A stretch of 64,000 nucleotides of DNA, from the NCBI GenBank assembly GCA_048013815.1, contig CM106585.1, forward strand, positions 6,758,001-6,822,000, in the 5' to 3' direction. The stretch's first letter is position 1. Each line of letters opens with the position of its first letter. Below, in pieces: positions 12,601 through 24,466 of this stretch. The notes under the pieces are model-generated. The model saw only the letters and a program-made list of their open reading frames with translations, made no database searches and was not told the origin of the DNA. The position numbers and the translations under genes were made by a program. Source of the stretch: Setoptus koraiensis (Eukaryota > Animalia > Arthropoda).

Positions 12601-13865
12601 TCAAAATAAATTATGCAAATCATTTACCATATATTAATAAAAATGGGGCCGCCTGTGTTTCTGTGCCGGCCCGGGCGCTCGATGAGAGCGCCCGGGTCGC
12701 CTCATGCCAGTGTCGTCATGTCAATGGCGGCGGCATTCGTGCCAGTTTGACGGTCGCTACTCGTCACACAGGAGCCCCCGTATCCATGTTGGGGCCACCA
12801 TCGGGCCGCCATCGAGCTGACGTCATGCGATTGTATGGCTGGTGCGCGCGGGCCCCAAAATAGATAGACAGACGGACGGAATAGATGGCAGTCTGGCCCG
12901 GCGCTATCTGTTCGGGGCCCGACGCTAGTTGATTTCTGTGACAGTAATCCGGGAATGGGGCCCCGGCCAGCAGATGATTAGCTATTCATGCCGTCCGATA
13001 AACTGTATCGGATCTGAGTGGGCCAAGGTTGCCGCCATATGTGATTATCTTTTGTGTGCGCGCGCGAAGCCTTTTCAGTCGCCGCTAGAGGCCCGCTATC
13101 GCGCACTGAATGGTGAGGGGTGCGGGGGGGGCGCCACCGACCGAATTGAGCCGACCGAATTGAGCCGGCTCGCTCGCGATCTGGCACGCATAGATGGCGA
13201 GATACTTCGGGCCGCCCGTCCGCGCCGATTCACCGCCGGCGGCCGGTATGGGCGCCGTTGCGCGATTCACCGGTGAATATCAGCACTGTTTATAATTGAC
13301 CTTCTAGTGCGTTCTTAATCGTCGTCGCGGCGATCGTCTCGGCCGCGGCCGAGTCGCGCCCTATTTTACGGCGTTCTTAGTTACGCAACTTGACATTAAC
13401 TGATGCATGATGACGACGACAATCTGCATTCCAGATGAGCAAACAAAGAGCAATAACAAAACGAGTTTATCGTCTTTAAAATGCTCGCCGTCGCCGGCGT
13501 GTGTGATTGTCGCTCGGCGCTATATGGCCGGCGCTGCACGGGCCGCATGGGCACACATAGCCCGGCCGAAGCGGGCCGTCGCTGTGCACCGGATACACTG
13601 CGGGCCGCACGGGCTCGCCTCGGCGGGCCCACATGGCCCGTGCAGAGCGCGCGTCACGGAAGGATTGCTCCGCTGGCGCTAATTTGTGCGGCTGTTCGGG
13701 GCCATATTGGCCCGGCCCGTGCGCAATGCGCGGTTCGCCCGTGTCACACGGGCCGTGTGCGGTGTGTGCGATTCGCCTACCTGGTCATCCGCGAACACGG
13801 CCGCACGTCTTTACGACGCGGCCCGCTCGCGGCGCCTCGGACATCTGCGCCCGTGTCCGCGCCAG

Positions 13866-13925
13866 TGTCCGCGCAAATACCCGCGAAAATGTCCGCGCAA
13901 ATACCCGCGAAAATGTCCGCGCAAA
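13866..13925. repeat. Tandem repeat, 24-bp unit TGTCCGCGCAAATACCCGCGAAAA x 2.5
   Basis: Direct reading. Confidence 0.85.
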
Positions 13926-15286
13926 CATAAGAGCGGATATTCTGCAACAGCGAGCGGCCGCCACGGGCCGAGTGTGTGCAGTTTTAATGGAGTGGACGGC
14001 ACAGCACGCCAAACTAAATTAAACTTTATTCCCAAAAATTTATCCGGCGCGCAAATTCAAATTGCGCAGGCTTCGCCTGGCGTGTTGTGCGCCGTGTGCA
14101 TGGTCGCTTGCGTTGCGTCGGGCACTAGCGGTCCTATTTCGCGTTATGTAACGCGCCACTTATATCGCATATCGCAGCGAAATGTCAGGTGAGCCGCTGT
14201 TGTTGTTGTTGTTTGTATCCATGACAGGCCCCATTGGAATGGGGCGCAACGCACCACGCACTTGTGCTGGTGACCGTTGTGGTGCAGTGCTCGCTGGCAC
14301 GTATGCAACGGTACGTGCGCGTTTGTTTGCATGTCAGCGTGCGCTAGCCCCAAGCTAGATCAATTACAGGTGACTATAGTGCTCCGAATCATTGCTCGCC
14401 AGCGCTCCATCTTGGGCCAGATAGAGGCGGCCAATAGCGAGAGAGGGGCCCCCTTCTCGAGTTGCCTGTCGTCTAGACAGCGAGCAAACTGGAGCGAGCG
14501 AGCACCACAGTGAGAGCGACAGCGCGAGTTTGTTCGCGCCAGCGACACCGACTAAATATACTTGGCGCGCGCGATGACGCAATTTCCAGCAATGAACGGC
14601 AACGCGACAACAGCGACAACAGCGACAACAACAGCAACAGCAACAACCGCTGCCAGCTTTCTATGAGGCACGAGACGAATGGGCAAAAAGAGCCAGATAA
14701 AATGGCGACAGCTCCGAGGCCGACGATGCTGGCGACTATTCTAGACACAAACAGAGATGATTTGCATAATCTCATACTGTTCCTGTTGTGGCGCTCGGCG
14801 GGCCTGTCGGGCTGGCGGTGGCTCATCCGTTCTGGTTGTCGTCGTGGCCGTCGCCGGGCTGGTCGCTGCCACGGGCTGCCACCAGTGAATGGGGGCGCCT
14901 TAAATGAGCCGTTCGGCTAATGCGACGCACCGCCGACGACGGCGCGCTGACGGGCCGCATCGGCGCCGGCAACGGGAGCGCCGCTGGCCGAGGGGCTATC
15001 AAAATAGAAGATGGAAAATAGAAACTGGAAACTGGAGATACGCATCTCGATCCGCGCACCGTGCACAATATACAACGCAATATACAATTGCACCACCACG
15101 CTGGCACATCAAAAGTGGGCCAGGTCGGGCCGCATTGGGGCCAGCGGCGCCGGCGTCGGCTGGCCGCTGGGCGACATATCCACACATGCGAGTGGGGCGG
15201 CGGTTCCACATGCGGACTCGGCCGATACGGTTCGAGTTATAGGCCGCTGTCTGGCCAGGGTAATATTGCAATTTTGCGCCACAAGC

Positions 15287-15337
15287 GCCACGGATAACCG
15301 GCGCCAGCCACGGATAACCGGCCCCAGCCACGGATAA
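15287..15337. repeat. Tandem repeat, 20-bp unit GCCACGGATAACCGGCSCCA x 2.5
   Basis: Direct reading. Confidence 0.85.
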
Positions 15338-16853
15338 GGGACCCGCGCGAATATAGATAGACGAGTTGGGGATAAGGTGCAGTTAGCTGGTATGACGGCG
15401 CCCATTAGTCAGATGTAATAATGGCGCCGGCCAACTAGCCGGCCGCCGCCGCATCATGATTTACTCCGCTCCTGTGGGGCTGTTGGGGCCGCTTGCGGGG
15501 CTTGCGCGCCGTTCTCCACTCTCTCTGGGCCATTGGTGGGCGCTATTATCCGCCGCAGACGGCGCCCTTATTCTGCGCTCTCATCCGCCGTCATTCTGTG
15601 CCGCCTCATCCGCCATTCGCCGCTATTATCCGCCATTGGCCGCTATTATCCGCCATTCGCCACTAATATTCTCTAATAGGATGACGCGCCAATGCAGTCA
15701 GCAGCGAAATGGGGCCAATTTGGCAACCAACACGAGCTTGCCGCCGCCGCCACCGCCGCCGCTTTGTGTTTGTTGTGCTTTTTTGGCTGGCGCGCGCCCC
15801 CAGCTCGATACCAATCATCCATCCATCTATCCGGCTATTCGAGTTGAGGCGAGTCTGGTTAGTGTGGTGGCAGGTGTAAGTGTGCCGAATGAATGGGGGC
15901 CCATAAATGAATTTCGATGGGCCAAACCGATTTACACTGATAGCTGGCAGCGCGATGACGGCGAGCCGCGCACTCCTCCAGCGATCGCATCCATGACTTG
16001 GCTCGTTCGGTAGCGCCATCTCGGCGCCGCTCTAACGCGCGACGCCAGCGCCACTGTGCCCGCGAGCCAGCGCACCGACGAGCACCAGACGAATCGATTC
16101 GCGGCCAGGAAATGGATGGGCGCGTTAACCCGAGCACCCGCGCCAGCCAGCGCCGACAACAATTCGCGGCCGACGTCGCGCAACGTCGACAACTCGCAAC
16201 GCCGCCAACGTTAAATGCCCGAAACGATACCCAGCTCCTCATCCGGCCCCACACAAGCGGCCCCAATATCGGCAACCAGGCCCGGCCAGCCAGCAGCGAC
16301 GTTTGTAGCGCCGCTGAACGATAGAAGATTACCTAATAAATTGATTGCTTAATCTCATCTATATTTATTTGTGTGCCACTCGGTTATCTTCAGTCGCGCC
16401 TCACTGGCCGCCGCTTGCAGCGGCACTGGCAACTTTGGCATTGTTGTGCTGCAAACGACGGCCGCCGGGGCCCCGTTCGACGGGCCACAATTACACGCGC
16501 GCACAATTCAAATTTCGAGGCGCACAATGGGGCCCTTGCGAGCCATGCGAGGGCCCTTGCCGTTACTACCGGTTGCCGTTGTCGAACGGGCCCAGCCAGA
16601 CGGCGGGCGCCCGTGTGCACGGTCTCGGCGGGCCGAGGCGACAATGATAATGGGGGGCTCCCCCGATCGCAATAAGATTAACTGTGCATGGGCGCGCCTA
16701 GTGGCAAATTTATTTTTGTGGCGCGCGCCGTCTGATGTGCGTTGGGCGCGTTGTTAGAGCGTGTTGGTGCTGGGGCCCGCCGGTTCGTGTCGCCGAGCTC
16801 GTGGGCCGGCTCTGCCGTGTCGCGTTATCGGCGCGCCACCGATCCAATCAGCA

Positions 16854-16904
16854 CCAGCCGAGCGCCAGCCGAGCGCCAGCCGAGCGCCAGCCGAGCGCCA
16901 GCCG
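16854..16904. repeat. Tandem repeat, 11-bp unit CCAGCCGAGCG x 4.6
   Basis: Direct reading. Confidence 0.88.
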
Positions 16905-18244
16905 GCAGACCCAATACCCTGGGCAATACCCGTCGGAATCGAAAGTAATAGGTGATGATGAGCAATGGCTCCCTTCTCGTCTCGTCTCGGCGCGCTGGCG
17001 CGCGAGCCGGCGCGGCCGGCGGGCCCGTCGGAGCCAGCAGAGCATAGAGCGCGCGCTGTCTGTTTATTCAATCAATTCTTGAGCTCGCCGAGATTCCATT
17101 CCGATGCGAGCCGCTGTCGGCCGCGCCGATCCGCACTGGATCCAATCGAATCCAGCGCCAGCTTATCCGTTGGCGTGAGCCCCCTTTATCCGCCGGTGCG
17201 CGCGGCCGACAGGCTCGCCGCTCGCCGATGATTGCCCGACGGCCCTCGACTCGAGGCTTCGAGGGGCCAAGCGCCGACAGCGCCACACTAGCCGCGCCGA
17301 CAGCCCGACAGCAGCCGCGCCGACAGCACAGACAACGACGACGCCGGCAGCACAGGTGAGCGGGCGCTCGCCGGGGATTGGGGGGGGGCTGGCTGGCAAA
17401 AGTGAAATTAGAGATTAGCGAGTCGAGTTATGTAACAACTCGGCGGGCACGACCATGACGACGATGATGACGCTGATAAGATAAAATAGGAAGTGAAAGT
17501 TGTTGCGTAACAACATTAATAATTGTGCGACACACACACACACACATGACGCCAGTTTGTCGACTGGCAAACAAATTGACTCGCTCGTGTTATTGCGTCG
17601 GCCGCTTGGCCGGCGGCTCGCCTGGCTGCTGCGATGACGGGGCCCCACTTGCGGCCCCGTTTGCTAGCCGTGCCGCGCCGCTGTGCACTGCGGCTTGTCA
17701 CTGCGCTGACAGGTGAAAGTAAGCAGCGGATGCAGCGACGCGCTTACGTAATCAAGCTGCCTGTTTTGCTCATTAACTGCGCCGTTGTGTGCGTTGCTCG
17801 TCATTGGCCGCTCGTCGTCTGGATAGTCTCTCAATTAGGCGCGCCAGACGTTGCTCGCTTAATTGGCGCTCGCTACGAGCGCCTAGCTCGCCGTGCCACA
17901 TCGGCCGAACTGGCGCACAACGGCGCGGCTGTTCGCATGATGTTCAACGCGAATGTTCGCAAATGCGAACAGCCGCGCCGTTGTGCGCCGTTGTGCGCCG
18001 TTTGTGGGGCCGCTGGCGAGCAGCGAGCAAAAAACTGTAAAAGCCGGCGCAACTGGCTCGCCGGCTGGCGCTGAGCTGTTAAGTGGGCACGTCCAACGCG
18101 CGAGCGCCCGACAACTGCATTTATGCAAATATAATCAAGTGCGAGATCGCTAATCGAGCGGCCGACCGTGTGCCGCTCGCTCGCACATTGCGGGCACAAC
18201 ATTGTGCAGCCACGTGATTGGCCCGGCGACAACTGGTTCGGCCG

Positions 18245-18334
18245 GCCATAACGGGATCCGCCCGCGATAACGGGATCGGCCCGCGATAACGGGATCGGCC
18301 CGCCATAACGGGATCGGCCCGCCATAACGGGATC
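18245..18334. repeat. Minisatellite, 19-bp unit GCSATAACGGGATCGGCCC x ~4.7
   Basis: Direct reading. Confidence 0.92.
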
Positions 18335-21300
18335 AAACGGGCGACAAATGTGCGCAGCGAGCACTCGAATTGGCGAGCTCGGCACTTGCAAGTGCCCGTG
18401 TGCCAATTGTTAAGTGATTCCATTTTATTATTTGCCACTCCACTGACCAGTGGCCGGCCCGACAGTATTGGCGGCGGCGGCGCGTATCGCCCGTTTGCGT
18501 GCGCCACCGTTACGTCTGGCCGGCACGCGGTCCGGTCGAGCAAGAGTGTGATGTAACCCTTGTGCTTTGCATATATATTATATTATACAATGTTACGCAA
18601 CACGCGTTATATGACGTACATTATATAACATATATTATATAATGTGTATTGCGTGTTGCGTGTATTGCCTGGATCGCGTGCATATAGTGCCAGCGCGCGC
18701 GCGGCCGGAACAGCGAGCAGGGGGCGCTGTGGGCGCCGCCGGCGCTCCAATTGCCGATTGCGAGCGAGTGGGGGGGTGGGGGCCGAATTCGATCTGCACT
18801 GATTGCTCTCTTCTTGGCTTTGTTGGCTGCGTCTTGCCAACAAACTCGTGCCAACGCTGCGCTGTTTGTGTTGGCCGTGCGCATTTGTTTGTTTATTGCG
18901 CAATTGCTTCAACAGCCACCGGCTCGCCGCGGCACGGGCCCCACTGTCCCGTGCAGCACGCAGCGCGTGACGCATCAAGCATAACAATGAAACTGGTTAC
19001 CGTGTCTGAGGCCCGGCCCGGCAGCCAAATAGCGATGGCCCGGCAGCCGAATAGCGATGGCCCGGCAGCCATTGGTGAGTCGCCCGGCGACCGGCGCGCC
19101 CCCTAGCCGATGTGAGCGGGCCAAATCAGGGCTGTGTGTCGCGATACTCTGACAGTTGGCACGGTGCGGCGGCCTAGTTTGACGGCTGCCCATTTGGGGC
19201 GCGACAATACATTATGTTTGCGTTGTGTTGTTGCGACCATAATCTAAATAATCGATCCCGTGTGCGCGCTCATTGTCGTCGGCCCGTCGCACTTGCAGCG
19301 ACAGCGGGCTGGCCGCTTTTTGTCCGCCGCCGTTGCCACCATTATTGATTGGCCCCAGCCGCGCACCCGTTCGCGGGCCCGTCCGTTAGTTTTGTCGGGC
19401 GCGGCGCGGTCTTGCCAGCGCAGCACATTGGCAAAACGGCGACCGTGTGCCAATTGTGCTGACAATGAGCAGCCGTGAGCAGCCAACTGGCCGACATTGT
19501 GAGCAGACGACGGGCCGACATTTGCAAATCATCACGAGGGGGTGCCATCGATGGCGCGCGAATTCGCGTAGTTGCCGCAATTTGCGAATGGCGCCCAGTT
19601 GCCCCAGTCTACGAATAGTGGCGTCTTGGCGCGCCTGTGGCGCCCTCTACGCAACAATGCGCCCCATATTGTGTGCCGCAATCGGTGTGCCTTGCCAGCG
19701 CACTGCCCGACAACGTTGAGCCGCACAACAAGCGTGCACATAACGTCTCATAGGGGGACACCGTTGCCCGACTTGCCCGATCTATCGGGCCGTCCGGCCC
19801 AGCCATCACCAGCGCATCTATGGACCGACTGGCGCATCGGCGGACCGACTGGCGCATCAGCGGACTTCGGCGGTGCGGCGGCACTCATTAGTGTGCACGT
19901 AGGGCCCCCGATGCGGGCGCCACCGGACTAGTTAGCTGGCGGCTTATTATATAAGTTATAAGTCAACAAAAAGGGACAAACAAACAAACAAACAAACGAA
20001 CAAATATTGGCCGGCCTGCCGGCCAGCCTGCATCGGCTCGCCAGTCGGTGCGGAATCTCGGACACTGCGTCAGCCAGCCACTGCGGAGGAGTGCGCTCGT
20101 TGGGGCCCGCCGCTAGTCGCCGCTGTGCAACGCGAGCGACCTGATACCGACACGCCGGCCAAGCAGTAGTCACAATGGCGCCAAGAAGCGCCCACTAGCG
20201 TTCAACTACTGCTAACACTAGCCTAGTCCAACTGCTGCCAACCGACTGGGGCGCCGAGCGACGGCAATAACTCGGCACTCGGGCAAGACAGCGAATTAAC
20301 AATGCAGCCAGCAACTAATGCTGGCACGTACGCGGGCGCAACAAAAAGGCGAAGGAGATTACTTTTAATTATATCAGTGGGGCCGTGTTTGCAAATCATG
20401 CCCGGCCCGGGAGCAGCCAGATCAAGTCAAAAGATCATTAGCGGGCCGCTTGGCCGGGCCGGGCCGGGCCGGCCAAGCGGCCGAACGGCCAGCGAGCGAG
20501 CGTGATCGGCCAAGATATCAGTTAGTTGCCACGTTGCTTGGCACGCCAGGGGCCCCACGAGCCCGTTGGCTCGTGCTAATAGCGACCATAGCGCGCTGCC
20601 AGCATCGAGTCAGCTGACGAGAAGTAGACAAGTCCAGTGACAAGGATTACGCCATGACAAGTGCAAAGTAACGGTGCACACTAATGAGCTAATGTGTCAG
20701 CTCTGTCGTTGTGTCATGTCACGCAATATACACAATACACCGCCGACTGCACCAACGTACCCACTGCGCACGACACACACACACACACACCGCACAGGCA
20801 ACGCGTGATCATATTCAAATTAATTAGCGACGCCCGAGCCCGGCCCGGCCCGGCCCGCGATCGACGGGCGCACAAACAATAATGAATAATCTAATTGGCC
20901 GCGTGTCGGCTCGCCGCTCGGGCCCCATTTGGCGCCGCGCCGAGCCAAAAACTCATCAAGTCGCGCTAATTGCGCCCACTCTATTAACCTTTGTTATAGA
21001 CACTGGCTCCGTTATTGCGTCACAGCCAACCTGACAGGCAGCGCGCAATAGGCCGCCGGCGCGGCACAGCGGTCTCGCCAGACTGGCGCTGCGCGCCGCA
21101 TCAACTATTACATCGACTGGCACGGTGTGCCGATGCGAACGGTGTGCCGCGCCAGTTACGTAATGAGGTGCCGATATGTATCGAGGCACGGATACGGTGG
21201 GCGATCTTGGCTCAATTGGCGCGCGTATTCATGCATAAATATGTGCAGCATCCGCTCGGTGTGGTGCGCGTGGGCGTCAATTATGTGGCGACAACTCGGC

Positions 21301-24300
21301 GGCAACTCGGCGACAATTCGGCGACAATGTTGCGCAATTCTACGCCACAAATGACGCCGCTTGCGATAATTGGCGCTCGAGGACCCGCCGGTAAAACGCG
21401 CGGCGCCGGCACGCACGCGCCTCCGGATGAACGCATCGGGACCCGCAACTGGCAATTGGTGGCCAATTGTGGCCGATGCCACTCACTACCTGGCGCACTG
21501 ATTGTGACCACTGGCGATCGTGTCACTGGCGCGACTCGGCCACTGTGCGGCGCAAAACTGGCGAGCACCGTGATTTGTCACCAATGGCTAGGGCGACGCC
21601 GGCCGACTCTGGCTCCCCGAACGGCCACCAGGGGACCGAGCCGCCCACGTTACAAGCGCGACGATCCGGCAAGGTGTGCGGCTGACACTATTGCGCAACT
21701 ATCGCAGAGATTTTGTTTCGCCAGCAAGCGCCATAAATATGTATCATATTTGTGTATGTAATGCATAGTGTGAAGGACGCTCAGAGGGCGCCACTGTTGG
21801 AGTGGTCACTGGCGAGCAGCCATCGCTAATGATGGCGATCATTGGCGCCCACGACAATGACTGGGCTCCGAATTAGCCCGACTGGCCGCCGTCGGCCGCT
21901 AGGAGGCGCACAAATATATGGATACAACATAAATGAGCGACCAATGGCATAAATGACGACCAGTGGCGCCCCTGACGCCCATTCGGTTACTGTAACCAAC
22001 TGTCTGACACGCGCACCAGGTACGCGCAAACGGACACGAGGCGCACGATTGCATGGGGGGCTCGTTAACGGGGCGCCCTCTTGAGCACTCATTACAATAA
22101 TCATCATTATGGCGCTTGTGGCCATTGATGAGCTCGCCGCGACCGCAGTGATTCAATTCGGCCAAGTCCACCATTCAAATCTGCATCTCGGCCGGCCATT
22201 ATTATGTCGATATTATGTTTATATAACCAGCGAGCACGCTAACGGTGACGGTTACGTAACTAACGGTTTGCACATTAACGCGTTGCCCGTGTCGACAAGC
22301 GAGCGAGCGAACGGGCGGGCCGACGAGGCGCAATGTTGAGCGGCCCGGGCACATAATTAATTATATTATTATTATTAATAATGATGATCATAATCAAAAT
22401 AAATTGCCAATTTCTCCAGCCGGCGCATGATAGATGACCGCAGCGCGCACCGGCCCGGTCCACACACACGATCGGACTGTCGTCCCGTGCGGAATGGGCG
22501 GCATCTCGGGCGGTGCCTCAATTGGCTTCGAATCATCGCTTTCCCGACGGGCCAGCGATCGGGCCAGCCCCGACGAGCGGTCACTCCGGAGCCCGAGCAC
22601 CGACTGTCCCGAGACGGGCCCGCCGAACACGAGTCGGTTATTCACGCGTGAACTGGGGCATTATTGGGACCATTATTGGCACACCGGCCCCACACACACA
22701 CTCAATGTTCTACAGCCAATATCTCATCACAAGGGCCGGCCAGCGCCCGGCCATCAGATTAGCGGATATCTAGTTGTTATTATCATGCGAGGCGGCCGCC
22801 GCTGTAGCACGTGCCCGCGATAGCCGATCGCTGTGGACAAGTGGGTCACTCCAGATTTTGTTTTTATCCGCGCCGCGCATCCCTTTCCGGCCCGGACGTC
22901 CGCTGCGGGCCGGCGGCTTGTGCTTGCGACCGGTCAGGCGGGCCGGCTTGTGCTTGCGACAGGTCGGGCGGGCCTGTAGCACCGTCTAGCTGGCGGCATC
23001 CGGCCCGCGGGAGGAATGGGCCGGCAAGCATAATCGTATGCTCAATGGCGCGCTGGCGACTTGATCGACTTGATTGCGGCGGACCCGCCGGACTTGACGG
23101 CGAGTGCTTCTCGGATTTGTGTGCCGGATATCGATAACTTATCAATGATAAGTGAACTGCGCCCGTGGGCCCACATGACACACAGTGTGTGCCACTGTGC
23201 GCGCTGAGCACATTATAACGTGACCCGAGCGCTCATGCGGCGGGCCGCAAAAAAACGGCGACCCGCCGGCGCCGCTGCCAATCTGGGCTGGGCTTGGGGG
23301 GGAGGGCAGGGCGACCATTCCGTGTCACCATTACGGATAGAGAGCCGTTTGAGAGCAAGTCGGCAGCTCTCGAATGGCATGCATGCCGGCCAGCCGTAAT
23401 GGGCACGCGATGGGCGATGGGGCCCTCTGGTCATTAGCTGGTCGCATGCGACTCGCCAGAGCACACCTAAACCATTGGTGTGTGTAATTGACCAACATTA
23501 CACATTGTTGTTGTTATGTAACTGTGTCGCTGTAACGTGTTGCGGCCGACGGGGCCTCGTAACTGGCCGCCACCGCGCCGAGCCGTGGGCCACGACTCGA
23601 GGGCCACGAGGCGCCCAGGCGGCCGACGGGGCCCAGCAGAGCGAGAGGGGAGCGCGGCCAATGGCCAGAAATCAATCACGGACCTAAAAATAGCCACTGA
23701 CCGCTGGCGCGCACGCGTTTGTGCCAGGCTACCTGGTACGCGGGGCCAGCAAACAAATGACGTTGCACAAGTTGTGCAACGGCAACAAATTCAACAAAAA
23801 CAACCGACTGACAACTAAGCTGGCCAAACGGCGCTCGCCGGGCCCAACTTTGGGGCCCCCGCAGACAGCGTTTAGCGTGGCGCAAGTGGCGCACCGAGCG
23901 CAAAGAGCGCAAATGGCGCTATGTGACCGGCATACAGGCACCGTTTTATGCCATTTCGGGCCCTGCATCCGCCGCTCATTGGCTACAATGACAACAACAA
24001 CAAGCGGTGCGCCCACAACCAGCGGTGCCGGCCTTTGTTTGCATTGCACTTGCCACCGGATTGGCGGCTGAAAGCCGGGCCCCGGCGAGCGGCCTGACGA
24101 GCGGCCCGAGGTGTCGCTTTCTGGCTGGCAAGAGCTCGATAACTCGGCTTATCGCTCGCGTTGGCGTTCACGTTTGATAGCTTTGTCAGGGGGGCCCAAA
24201 ATAAAAACTGGCGGCTTGAAACTTTTGCCGCAGTCGCTCGCCGCGACAAATGTTGCCGTTGCGTATAAAATTTGTCCGCCGTTTGTTTGCGGCTCGAGCG

Positions 24301-24442
24301 CTGGCCGGCTGGCAGCTTATGGCTTATTCTTGCCACAATTGCGGGCCCCACTCGGCAGCAACTTAAATAACTTTACCGATATAACTCACTCGCTGGCGCT
24401 TTCACGAGTGCCTGCGCACCAGCCAGCCAATAACCGTAAAAC

Positions 24443-24466
24443 ATATATATATATATATATATATAT
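24443..24466. repeat. (AT)12 microsatellite
   Basis: Direct reading. Confidence 0.9.
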